The notes under the pieces: model-generated | Seen by the model: the letters and a program-made list of their open reading frames with translations, nothing else | Database searches by the model: none | What the model was told of the DNA's origin: nothing | In this document: piece by piece, positions 30,282 through 39,904 of the stretch | Layout: every line of letters begins with the position of its first letter | How positions within the stretch are numbered: position 1 is the first letter of the stretch | Source: Pseudomonadota bacterium | Lineage (GTDB): Bacteria; Pseudomonadota; Gammaproteobacteria; Burkholderiales; JALYOK01 | Reading direction: 5' to 3' | DNA length: 64,000 nt | Assembly: GCA_031419835.1 (NCBI GenBank) | Contig: JANOLP010000191.1 | Location: forward strand, 137 to 64,136 | Made by a program: the position numbers and the translations under genes

Positions 30282-30570
30282 GAGGGCAATGTAGGGTTAG
30301 CTCCTAACATGGCGCCAAATCGGCACAATAAAAGGGGTTAAGAATACCATAGGCAGGCGTAGGACGCATTTTGCAACCGAGCGACAATCGCGTCACAAGC
30401 ACCGTGGATACTGGCTTAAGGACGCCTATGCTGTCTCAATGCCTAATCTTCCAATTTGATTGCGTTTCGTTTCGGCCTTCCCCTAACAAATGATTTGGGT
30501 TTTGTTTTTAACATTTCGGCACTTTGACCTGTCTAGATAGAGAAAGTCCATTTGATCGTACGAAGTTGCG

Positions 30571-31377
30571 TTAGAACGGGTCATTGCCACCAAACTTTGC
30601 GGCCCGTTTCTCACGCAACGACGCAATTCCCTCCTGTACGTCGGGGCCGGCGAAGCCCATGAACTCTAACGCGAGGGATGCATCGAAGCTGGGTCCGGCC
30701 AGCCGCAGCCAGTTGTTCAATGCGTATTTCGTCCATTTGATCGCCGATTGCGAACCGTGGCTCAGTTTCTCAGCGACTTCGAACGCTTTTCCGATTAATT
30801 CTGACTCGTCTACCGCTAAAGAAACTAGGCCAATACGTTCGGCCTCTTCCCCGCTCACCGCTTCGCACAACAACAAATAATATTTCGCCTTCGCCATACC
30901 GCACAGCAGTGGCCAAACGATTGCCGCGTGATCACCGGCAGCGACGCCCAAGCGTGTGTGGCCGTCGATGATGCGCGCCGATCTCGCTGCGATGGAAATA
31001 TCGGCAAGTAAACCAGCGACCAAGCCTGCGCCGACGGCAGGCCCATGCATGGCCGAAACCACTGGTTTGCTGCAATTTATGATGTTGTAAACCAGGTCTT
31101 TCGCTTCGCGCCAAACTCGGCTTCGGACGTTGAAATCGCTCGCCATTTCTTCAACGAGTTTTAGATCGCCGCCGCCGGAAAATCCCTTGCCTTCGCCACG
31201 CAAAATCGCGACTTTCATATCTGGATCGCTATCGAACGTGCGCCAAATTTCGGCGAGTTCATGATGCATACGGTGATCCGCGGTGGAGAGCTTTCCCGGC
31301 TCGCCCATGACGATTTCGAGAATGCCGTTGGGATGTTTTTCGAATTTGAGGGCAGTGTAGGCTTCGTAGCGGTTCAT
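30571..31377 (-). CDS. Enoyl-CoA hydratase/isomerase (crotonase) family protein
   Basis: The ORF spans 30571..31608, but homology begins at [24 protein letters not shown] (ATG at 31377). It has the motifs GKGFSGGGD and [10 protein letters not shown]. Confidence 0.85.
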   Translation of the reverse strand: MNRYEAYTALKFEKHPNGILEIVMGEPGKLSTADHRMHHELAEIWRTFDSDPDMKVAILRGEGKGFSGGGDLKLVEEMASDFNVRSRVWREAKDLVYNIINCSKPVVSAMHGPAVGAGLVAGLLADISIAARSARIIDGHTRLGVAAGDHAAIVWPLLCGMAKAKYYLLLCEAVSGEEAERIGLVSLAVDESELIGKAFEVAEKLSHGSQSAIKWTKYALNNWLRLAGPSFDASLALEFMGFAGPDVQEGIASLREKRAAKFGGNDPF

Positions 31378-31461
31378 GGTTTCTCTCGTTGATATTTGGC
31401 GGGCTGCGCTGCGGCGAATGTTAAAATGCAGGACATCAGCAATTCGGAAAATAATCCAACT

Positions 31462-32007
31462 ATGGCAACTCCCCATCCCGGAACTGCGTCGCGTAGCGTC
31501 ATCGCCAGCATTATATTCTTCAGCCGCTGGTTGCAAGCGCCGCTTTACTTTGGCCTGATCGTCGCGCAAGGTGTTTACGTTTATCACTTCATGATCGAGC
31601 TGTGGCATCTCATCGGTCGCGCAACGACGATTAGCGAAAACGAGTTGATGTTAGTGGTATTAGCGTTGATCGATGTGGTGATGATTGCGAATTTACTCAT
31701 CATGGTCATCGTCGGTGGTTACGAAACTTTCGTCTCGCGGCTGAATTTAAAAGATCATCCAGACGAACCCGAATGGTTGTCCCACGTCAACGCCGGCGTG
31801 CTAAAAGTGAAGCTCGCAACGGCACTGATCGGCATTTCTTCAATTCATTTGCTGCAGACCTTTATTAACGCCAGCAATTTGCCCGAGAATGTGATGAAGT
31901 GGCAAGTGATTATCCATCTTACGTTTGTCTTATCGGCGGTCGTTATGGCGTGGACCGATAAAATTTCCTCGTCACACGGGGCGCACTTGACCGATGCGCC
32001 GCACTAA
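31462..32007 (+). CDS. yqhA: UPF0114 (YqhA) family membrane protein
   Basis: The ORF spans 31396..32007 and the likely start is MATPHPG. It has the motif [15 protein letters not shown] and several TM helices. Confidence 0.75.
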   Translation: MATPHPGTASRSVIASIIFFSRWLQAPLYFGLIVAQGVYVYHFMIELWHLIGRATTISENELMLVVLALIDVVMIANLLIMVIVGGYETFVSRLNLKDHPDEPEWLSHVNAGVLKVKLATALIGISSIHLLQTFINASNLPENVMKWQVIIHLTFVLSAVVMAWTDKISSSHGAHLTDAPH

Positions 32008-32022
32008 TATTCGGATATCGAT

Positions 32023-33546
32023 ATGACTACCATCAAGCAGGACGACCTCATTCAGAGCATCGCCAACGCGTTGCAATTTATTTCCTATTACCATCCGGCG
32101 GACTACATTCAGCACCTCGCCCGCGCCTACGAGGCCGAGCAAAGCCCGGCGGCGAAAGATGCGATAGCGCAAATTTTGACCAATAGCCGCATGAGCGCGG
32201 AAGGGAAGCGGCCCGTCTGCCAGGACACCGGTATCGTCAACGTGTTCCTCAAAATCGGCATGGAGGTGAAATGGGAAGGCTTCAGCGGATCGATCCACGA
32301 TGCGATTAACGAAGGCGTACGACGCGGTTACAACGATCCGGATAATAAACTGCGCGCGTCGATCGTCGCCGATCCCCAGTTCGAGCGCAAAAATACCAAG
32401 GACAACACGCCGGCGGTGATTCAAATGGATGTCGTGCCTGGCAATACCGTCGACGTGCAAGTCGCCGCCAAGGGCGGCGGCTCGGAAAATAAGTCCAAAT
32501 TCATCATGCTTAACCCGTCCGATTCGCTGGTGGATTGGGTGCTGAAAACCGTGCCGACCATGGGCGCGGGCTGGTGTCCGCCGGGCATGCTCGGCATCGG
32601 CATCGGCGGTACGGCGGAAAAAGCCATGTTGATGGCGAAAGAATCGTTGATGGAAGACATCGACATGTATGAGTTAAAAAAACGCGGGCCGAAAGACAAA
32701 ACCGAAGAGCTGCGCATCGAGTTACACGACAAAGTTAACGCGCTTGGCATCGGCGCGCAGGGACTCGGGGGATTAACCACCGTGCTCGACGTGAAAATCA
32801 AAATGTATCCGACCCACGCGGCGAGTAAACCTGTCGCGATTATTCCGAACTGCGCCGCGACGCGGCATGTGCATTTTGTTCTCGACGGTTCCGGGCCGGC
32901 GTATTTGGAGCCGCCGTCGCTGGATCTGTGGCCCGATGTGCATTGGCAGCCGGACTACAATAAGAGCACGCGCGTCGATATGGATACCTTGACCAAAGAA
33001 CAAGTCGCGGCGTGGAAGCCCGGCCAGACGCTGCTGCTTTCCGGCAAGATGCTGACCGGCCGCGACGCAGCGCATAAGCGCATACAAGACATGCTGGCGA
33101 AAGGCGAAAAGCTGCCGGTCGAATTTAAAAATCGCGTCATCTACTACGTTGGCCCAGTCGATCCGGTGCGCGACGAAGTGGTTGGCCCGGCCGGTCCGAC
33201 GACGGCGACGCGCATGGATAAATTCACCGAAATGATGCTGGCGCAAACCGGTCTGATCGCGATGATCGGCAAAGCAGAGCGCGGCCCGACGGGTATCGAC
33301 GCGATCAAGAAACACAAAGCAGCTTACTTGATGGCGGTCGGCGGTGCGGCTTATCTCGTCGCCAAGGCGATTAAAGAAGCCAAAGTCGTCGGCTTAGCCG
33401 ATCTGGGCATGGAAGCGATTTAAGAATTAAACGTGTAGGACCTGGCCGTAACGGGCGCGGTCGATTATAGCGGCACATCGGTGCATCAGACCGGCCCGCG
33501 CGAGTGGCAGGCGAAGATCGGCAAGATTCCCGTCGCGGTAATTTGA
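32023..33546 (+). pseudogene. fumA: Class I (Fe-S) fumarate hydratase with two in-frame stop codons near the 3' end
   Basis: The 466-aa ORF ends ...DLGMEAI at TAA 33421-33423. The same frame continues ELNV, then TAG (33436-33438), then DLAVTGAVDYSGTSVHQTGPREWQAKIGKIPVAVI*, with the stop at 33544-33546. That continuation matches the conserved class I fumarase C-terminus. The restored length of about 507 aa fits the family. Confidence 0.85.
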
Positions 33547-34340
33547 ATCTCGCCGCGCCGATCGGCGTATTCGATTCCGGCGTCGGCGGATTGTCCGTTT
33601 TGCGCGCCGCGCGCGCGGAATTACCGCAGGAAAATTTCATTTACTTCGCCGATTCCGGCTTCGCACCCTATGGCGACAAACCCGATTCCTACGTGATCGA
33701 GCGTAGCGAACGCATCGGCACGTGGTTTGTTGCGCAAGGCGCGAGGGCTATCGTTGTTGCTTGTAATACGGCGACGGCAATCGCCGTCCAAACCCTGCGC
33801 CGCAATTTCAATTTGCCCATTGTCGGCGTCGAACCGGGCCTTAAGCCCGCGATTGCGGCCACGCGAACCGGGAAAGTCGGCGTGTTGGCAACTGCCGCGA
33901 CGTTGGCAAGCCGCCGCTATGCCGAATTATTGGCGCGGGTTCAGGCAGATTCGCCGCAGACTGACTTCATTGCGAAAGTGGGTGCCGATTGGGTGGAATT
34001 GGTTGAGCGCGGCGAATTAGCATCGACCATGACGCAAAGCGCAGTCGCCAAGGTCGTCGAACCGCTAATTAAGCAAGGATGCGATACGCTGGTATTGGGC
34101 TGCACACATTATCCGTTTCTCACCACCGCGATCCGGCGCGTGGCGCCACAGGCGATGATTATTGATACGGCGCCGGCCATTGCGCGCGAATTATCGCGGC
34201 GCGTTGCGTTGCGATTGAGTGCCGCGACTAGTGGCGTGCGATTCGTCACGTCGGGTGATGCCGAACGTAGTGCCGCAGTGGTGTCCGCGATGCTCGGACA
34301 AACAAACGAGATTTGGACAATGCAATCCGCCTTACCTTAG
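33543..34340 (+). CDS. murI: Glutamate racemase
   Basis: It has the motifs GVFDSGVGGLSVL, VVACNTATA and LGCTHYPF. The ORF track starts at GTG 33504. I prefer TTG 33543, which overlaps the ancestral fumarase stop as TTGA. Confidence 0.9.
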   Translation: MNLAAPIGVFDSGVGGLSVLRAARAELPQENFIYFADSGFAPYGDKPDSYVIERSERIGTWFVAQGARAIVVACNTATAIAVQTLRRNFNLPIVGVEPGLKPAIAATRTGKVGVLATAATLASRRYAELLARVQADSPQTDFIAKVGADWVELVERGELASTMTQSAVAKVVEPLIKQGCDTLVLGCTHYPFLTTAIRRVAPQAMIIDTAPAIARELSRRVALRLSAATSGVRFVTSGDAERSAAVVSAMLGQTNEIWTMQSALP

Positions 34341-34534
34341 GCCGATGGCTGAAGAGGCGCATGGGGCTTGCGGCTTAGCAGCACATGCTTCGAGATGCCC
34401 ATGGATATTGCCTGCTGGCGCGGCAGTTGTTCGGTATAATTCTCAAAATTAACCTCAAATTTACGCGAAAATATCTATCCAAACATTTGATTTTGCGTTT
34501 TAATTAGGTTTTACATCCATCGACCCGGGCTGAG

Positions 34535-36964
34535 TTGATCGGTACATTGGAAAAACTCGGGCAACCTGCGGATTTGCTGCGCTTTGTTGCCATTGCGTTA
34601 ATTGCGCTACTCACCGCCTATGCGGTGACGCGGACCGACTTTTTCCAAAATCTTGACGCGCAGCTGCATGACATTCAGGCACGTCTGCTGGCGCAGGATG
34701 TCGATTTCAGCGATATCATTTTCGTCGACGTATCCGAAGAAACCATCAAATCCCTTGAGCCGGAAATTGGCGCGTGGCCGTATAGCCGATCGGTTTATGC
34801 CAAGGTCACCGAATTTTTGCGCGATGCCGGCGCTCGCTCGATGACTTTCGATATTGTTTTTTCCGAAGGGCGTTCCGGCGACGACGATCTCGCTGAGGTT
34901 TTGCGTGTAACGCCTGGCGCAACGCTCGCGGTCTTGGCCAAGGACTATACCGTGACGTCGGGTGCCGACACGGAAACCTTGCTCGAACATATCTCTTGGC
35001 GCAAACCCGCCAGCGCGCCTGCAGTTCAATGGCAACAATTTATTTTGCCGCGCGAACTGTTCATATGGAACGCTAAACCCGTTGCGGACGTCGGCGTCAT
35101 CGCCGTCGTTCCTGAGAAAGATGGTGTGTTGCGACGGGTCCCGGTGTTGCATCAAGTGGGTGACAAAGTGCTATTAGGTTTGTCGGCGGCAACCATTTTT
35201 TCTGGCAAGCCTCGTCCGCAGATTCAATTCGACACCATGACCCGCGAACTTCGGATTGGCGATTATGTTTGGCCCGTCGGCGAAGACGGTTCCGTGCGTT
35301 TGCGCTTCCCTAGCAATCACAAATCGATGGAAGGCTTTCACTTTTCTGATGTGTTTTATGCGGCGATGAGCATGCGCCCGGCCGAGGGGATCGCCGAAAA
35401 AATCAAAGGCCGCAAGGTGTTTATTGGTAGTACGGCGGAATCAATCAACGATTATCAGAACACCTTGTTCGGCCGAACGGCTGGATTACATTTACTTGGC
35501 CAGGTGAGTCAATTGCTTGCGAAAGGCGAAGTGTTGGCGCCGCCAAAATTGCGCTGGGATTTAGTGTTGCTGGCACTGGCGTTGTTTATCCCGATTGCCA
35601 GTTTCCGCGAACGCGAGAATCGCAGTCCGCTGAACTATGCGGTCGGGTTTATTTTGCTACCGCTTTCAATTGGTGGCGTTTCGTCTTGGTTGTATTTGCA
35701 GAAACAATCGACGGCATTGGGATTTCCACTGCTGGCCGGCTTTTTGTGTTTTGTATTTTTTTTGGTTCGACGGCTATGGCGGCTCTACAACGAACGCCAG
35801 CGCCTGTTCTATGAAAAACTTGCCGCCGAGGAATCTTACAAACTCAAAAGCCAATTCATTTCACATATGACCCACGAACTGCGCACGCCGCTCGCTGCAA
35901 TCATGGGGTTCAATCGCTTAATGGGTGAAAGCGAGCAGAGCGAAAAAAGCCAGGGGCAATATACCAAAGTCATCGAGAAAAATAGCCATCACCTCATGAC
36001 CCTCATCAATAACATGCTTGATCAGGGCAAAATCGAGGCCGGGCAAATGAAGATTTCGAAATCGCCGGCCCGTATTCGCGAGGTGGTCGACGATGTCGTC
36101 GCAACGCTGTCGAACATGGCTTCGGAAAAGACATTGGAGCTAATGGCGGTATTCGATCCAAGCCTACCGGCGACGCTCGATTTCGACGGATTCCGGTTGC
36201 GGCAAGTGCTACTCAATCTAATCGGCAATGCAATTAAATTTACCGAGCGCGGTTTCGTTCACGTGACGCTAAGTTGGCGTCGCAACCAATTGAGCATCGT
36301 TGTGGCCGACTCTGGCGCCGGTATGTCGCAAGAAGTCCAAGAGCGTATCTTTATTCCGTTTAAGCAAGGCGCAGATAACACGCAACATGCCTATGGCGGC
36401 ACGGGTCTTGGTTTGGCCATTAGCCGAAATCTGTGCGAGTTAATGGGCGGCTCGCTAACCGTCGCCTCACAATTGGGCGAAGGCAGCGCGTTCACTGTTC
36501 AAATACCCGCTTCGATTTGTGAAGACATCGTTGTTCCCGCTGCGCAATTGGTACCGACGCTTGGCGCGCAGCGTTTGCATGGGCGAATTCTTCTGGCCGA
36601 CGACAATAACGATATTCGCGATTTGGTCACGCGGCTGCTGAAGAAACAAGGTCTCACCGTCATTCCCGTCGTTGATGGCCGCCAGGCGGTAGAGAAAGCG
36701 TTGAGCGAAATGCCCGATCTAGTATTAATGGATATGGAAATGCCGGTGATGGATGGACTAACCGCCACTAAGCAATTGCGCAACAGCGGATTCGCAAAAC
36801 CGATATTTGCGATGACTGCGCACCCCGAAGGCCCGGAAGTCGAGCGGGCTTTGAAAGAGGGTTTTGACGGCTATTTGGAAAAGCCTGTGAATCGTGACCG
36901 TCTGAATGGCATTCTTGCTGCATTTTTAGCGCCGAATGCCGAGCCTGTTGCCGTAACTCGTTAA
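34535..36964 (+). CDS. CHASE2-sensor hybrid histidine kinase (HisKA-HATPase-REC)
   Basis: 809-aa ORF. It has an N-terminal TM, a ~330-aa CHASE2-like extracytoplasmic region and three TMs. It has the H-box SHMTHELRTPL, the HATPase motif GGTGLGLAISR and a receiver domain (ILLADDNNDIR...LVLMDMEMPVMDG). Confidence 0.85.
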   Translation: MIGTLEKLGQPADLLRFVAIALIALLTAYAVTRTDFFQNLDAQLHDIQARLLAQDVDFSDIIFVDVSEETIKSLEPEIGAWPYSRSVYAKVTEFLRDAGARSMTFDIVFSEGRSGDDDLAEVLRVTPGATLAVLAKDYTVTSGADTETLLEHISWRKPASAPAVQWQQFILPRELFIWNAKPVADVGVIAVVPEKDGVLRRVPVLHQVGDKVLLGLSAATIFSGKPRPQIQFDTMTRELRIGDYVWPVGEDGSVRLRFPSNHKSMEGFHFSDVFYAAMSMRPAEGIAEKIKGRKVFIGSTAESINDYQNTLFGRTAGLHLLGQVSQLLAKGEVLAPPKLRWDLVLLALALFIPIASFRERENRSPLNYAVGFILLPLSIGGVSSWLYLQKQSTALGFPLLAGFLCFVFFLVRRLWRLYNERQRLFYEKLAAEESYKLKSQFISHMTHELRTPLAAIMGFNRLMGESEQSEKSQGQYTKVIEKNSHHLMTLINNMLDQGKIEAGQMKISKSPARIREVVDDVVATLSNMASEKTLELMAVFDPSLPATLDFDGFRLRQVLLNLIGNAIKFTERGFVHVTLSWRRNQLSIVVADSGAGMSQEVQERIFIPFKQGADNTQHAYGGTGLGLAISRNLCELMGGSLTVASQLGEGSAFTVQIPASICEDIVVPAAQLVPTLGAQRLHGRILLADDNNDIRDLVTRLLKKQGLTVIPVVDGRQAVEKALSEMPDLVLMDMEMPVMDGLTATKQLRNSGFAKPIFAMTAHPEGPEVERALKEGFDGYLEKPVNRDRLNGILAAFLAPNAEPVAVTR

Positions 36965-36970
36965 ACCGAA

Positions 36971-37288
36971 TTGGAACATACCATGACACATAAAGTTGTT
37001 GTTGAAGTCGACGCTGACCTGGCGGATTTAGTTCCAAATTTTTTGGCGAATCGACAAAAAGATCTTCAGCAAATTACGGCGGCTTTAGAACGCGCGGACA
37101 ATGATGCGCTGCTCATCATTGGCCACAATATGAAGGGAGTCGGCGGTGGCTATGGATTCGGTGACATTACCGAATTCGGTAAACATCTCGAAGTCGCTGC
37201 AAGAGATGGTGATCAAGCGGCGGCTCGAAAATTATTAGATCAGTATCGGCAATATCTTGCAAACATCGAAGTGCGCTATGTCACGTGA
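36971..37288 (+). CDS. Hpt (histidine phosphotransfer) domain protein
   Basis: 105-aa four-helix-type ORF with HNMKGVGGGYGF. Confidence 0.75.
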   Translation: MEHTMTHKVVVEVDADLADLVPNFLANRQKDLQQITAALERADNDALLIIGHNMKGVGGGYGFGDITEFGKHLEVAARDGDQAAARKLLDQYRQYLANIEVRYVT

Positions 37289-38492
37289 CGAAAAAGTGCC
37301 AGATCCCGGCAAGTTAGATCTGTCGGAGATCGTTACGCGCTCTTATACGAGCCGGCCACCGTCTTCGTTGGTTGGCGCGAAAGGGCGCGGACATGTCCTC
37401 GTAGTCGACGATCAGGATGACAATCGGGCGCTGATCGTGCGCTATTTGAGTCAAGCGGGTCACCAAGTTCGACAGGCAAGCAATGGCGAAGAAGGTCTCG
37501 AGTCCATTGCGTTTGCGAAGCCCGACGTCATTTTGATGGACGTCATAATGCCCGGGGCGAGCGGCTTTGAAATTTGCCGGCGGCTGAAGGCGGATCCCGA
37601 GACACTGGACATTCCGTTGGTGCTGATCACCGGGTTGCAAAGTAAGGAAGATCGTGTTGCCGGCATCGAGGCGGGTGCCGATGATTTTCTTTCCAAGCCC
37701 GTGTACCCAGAAGAATTGGTGGCTCGCGTGCGTTCGCTGATGCGGCTCTCGGAAGCGCGACATGCGCTCGAAGAGGCGCGCCTGGCGCGGGAGATAGAGC
37801 AGCGGCAATGGATTCATCGCATGTTCGAGCGTTATGTTTCGCCGAAGCTGGTCAAAGAAATATTGGATCAAGGCGATGAACGGGAAAATCCGCTTGATCG
37901 CATGTCGCGTTTGGAAGTGGTTGCTCTGTTCGCAGACATGCGCGGATTTACCGCCATCGCTGAAAAACTCGAACCGAGTAAAGTAGTGGAGTTGCTGAAC
38001 GTTTTTTTTACGCTAATTACCTCGGTCGCGTACGAGCACGAAGGTACGGTTTTTAATATGGCCGGCGATAGTTTGTTAGTGGGATTTGGCGTGCCATTGC
38101 CGCAATTCGATAGCGCGGAACGGGCGGTGAAAGCGGCCAGCGACATGATTAAACGTTTCCAGATTCATGTGGCGAACTGGCACGAAGAGTACGCGATCCA
38201 AGTTGGGTTAGGCGTTGGCATTTGCCGAGGCGAAGCAGTTGCGGGAAACGTGGGTTCGCCAACCTATATGAACTACACGATTATCGGCGACGCGGTCAAT
38301 GTCGCGGCGCGGCTAATGCAAAACGCGAAAGCCAATGAAATTCTCATTTCTGAATCGGTATACGCAAGACTCGACACCATGGTTGAAAGCTTGCGGCCCG
38401 AATCGCTTCCACCAATGACGTTCAAGGGTAAGTCCGGGCCATTGCCGGTTTATTGCATTCGTGTTGGACGCGATGCTTACTCAGCAACGTAG
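37278..38492 (+). CDS. Response regulator receiver fused to a class III adenylate/guanylate cyclase domain
   Basis: It has a REC domain (VLVVDDQDDNR...VILMDVIMPGASG...SKP). The cyclase motifs are LFADMRGFT, MAGDSLLVGFG and IIGDAVNVAARL. The start MSRDEK overlaps the Hpt stop by 11 nt. Confidence 0.85.
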   Translation: MSRDEKVPDPGKLDLSEIVTRSYTSRPPSSLVGAKGRGHVLVVDDQDDNRALIVRYLSQAGHQVRQASNGEEGLESIAFAKPDVILMDVIMPGASGFEICRRLKADPETLDIPLVLITGLQSKEDRVAGIEAGADDFLSKPVYPEELVARVRSLMRLSEARHALEEARLAREIEQRQWIHRMFERYVSPKLVKEILDQGDERENPLDRMSRLEVVALFADMRGFTAIAEKLEPSKVVELLNVFFTLITSVAYEHEGTVFNMAGDSLLVGFGVPLPQFDSAERAVKAASDMIKRFQIHVANWHEEYAIQVGLGVGICRGEAVAGNVGSPTYMNYTIIGDAVNVAARLMQNAKANEILISESVYARLDTMVESLRPESLPPMTFKGKSGPLPVYCIRVGRDAYSAT

Positions 38493-38497
38493 AAAAA

Positions 38498-39832
38498 ATG
38501 CGCATGAGTAAAAGTGAGACTATTCCACCGCCGTCAATTCTGATTATTGACGATTCGCAGGACATGCGGCTTTTGGTTAGGCACTACATTTTGGTGGAGT
38601 GGCCGGGCGCGAAAATCGAAGAATGGGATCCGGTCGCGCGCGGAAAGCCGAGCGCTGATTTTTCCTGGCGTGCCTACGATGCCGTTTTGCTCGATTACAT
38701 GCTCGGAACGGATGACGGCTTGGTGTGGCTGAAGGAATTTCGCCGTCAAGCGGATTGCCCGCCGATTATTTTTATGACGGGTCAAGGCAGCGAAGAAGTC
38801 GCAGTCAAAGCGCTAAAAGCGGGCGCTCACGATTACTTGCGCAAACATGATTTGTCTCAAGGCCGGCTGGTCGGCTCGCTACGAGACGCAATCGCCGAAA
38901 ACGAGATTGTGCCACTACCGCTCGCGTTCGACCTGCCGGATTTGCCGGTGTCCGAGGACGCCGCCAAGGTGCAAAATCAACCACAGTCGATTCGCGATGC
39001 GATTATGGCGGAGGATGGGCGGGCAGGGCGATCACCGCGCCTGGAAATTTCTGGATATACGGTCCAAGGCAAAATCGGTGCGGGCGGCATGTCATCTGTT
39101 TACCTTGCGGAACGCCAATCGGACAGCATGCTTACAGTGCTGAAATTGTTGAACGCGGATTTGTCGCGTGAGAATGAATTTTTGCGCCGCTTCATACGTG
39201 AGTACGGAATTCTATCGAAGATTTCGAATCCGAACATCGTGAAAATTTTTGATCAGGGTTACTCCGATCAACATGTTTACATCGCGATGGAATATTTTGG
39301 CGGTGGCGACCTTAAAGACCGAATCGATCGCGGCATGACACCCGATGAGGCGGTCAGTTTGATGCTGGAAATGGCCAAGGGCTTACAAGCCATTCACGCT
39401 GCGGACGTCATCCATCGTGATTTAAAGCCGCAAAACATTATGTTTCGCGATGATGGATCCCTCGGTATTCTGGATTTTGGCATCGCTAAAATTGCCTCAG
39501 AAGAAACGCAACTGACCGAGCATGGCCAAGTATTCGGCACACCGTACTATATGAGTCCCGAACAGGGAACTGGCAAGATCTTGGACGCGCGCAGTGATTT
39601 ATATAGCCTTGGTGTAATTTTTTATGAAATGCTAACGAGCCGGCGCATGTATAACGCGGAAAACGCCGTAGCACTCGTTTACAAGCATCTAAACGACCCC
39701 ATTCCGTTGTTGCCTGCAAATCTTGCCCGCTATCAGGCCTTACTCGATCGTGCAGTTGCGAAGGTGCCGGGTGATCGCTTCAATTCGGCCGCGAGCTTGA
39801 TCGCGTACATCGAGAAAACACTTAATAGCTAA
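38498..39832 (+). CDS. Response regulator receiver fused to a Hanks-type Ser/Thr protein kinase
   Basis: It has a REC domain (ILIIDDSQD...VLLDYMLG...MTGQG...K). The kinase motifs are GAGGMSSVYLA, HRDLKPQN, DFGIAK and YMSPEQ. Confidence 0.85.
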   Translation: MRMSKSETIPPPSILIIDDSQDMRLLVRHYILVEWPGAKIEEWDPVARGKPSADFSWRAYDAVLLDYMLGTDDGLVWLKEFRRQADCPPIIFMTGQGSEEVAVKALKAGAHDYLRKHDLSQGRLVGSLRDAIAENEIVPLPLAFDLPDLPVSEDAAKVQNQPQSIRDAIMAEDGRAGRSPRLEISGYTVQGKIGAGGMSSVYLAERQSDSMLTVLKLLNADLSRENEFLRRFIREYGILSKISNPNIVKIFDQGYSDQHVYIAMEYFGGGDLKDRIDRGMTPDEAVSLMLEMAKGLQAIHAADVIHRDLKPQNIMFRDDGSLGILDFGIAKIASEETQLTEHGQVFGTPYYMSPEQGTGKILDARSDLYSLGVIFYEMLTSRRMYNAENAVALVYKHLNDPIPLLPANLARYQALLDRAVAKVPGDRFNSAASLIAYIEKTLNS

Positions 39833-39904
39833 GTTGCTTCGAAGTTTGCATCGGCATGTGCCGTGATTTCAATGATGGCGATGGACGTATAATGCGCCCT
39901 CGTT

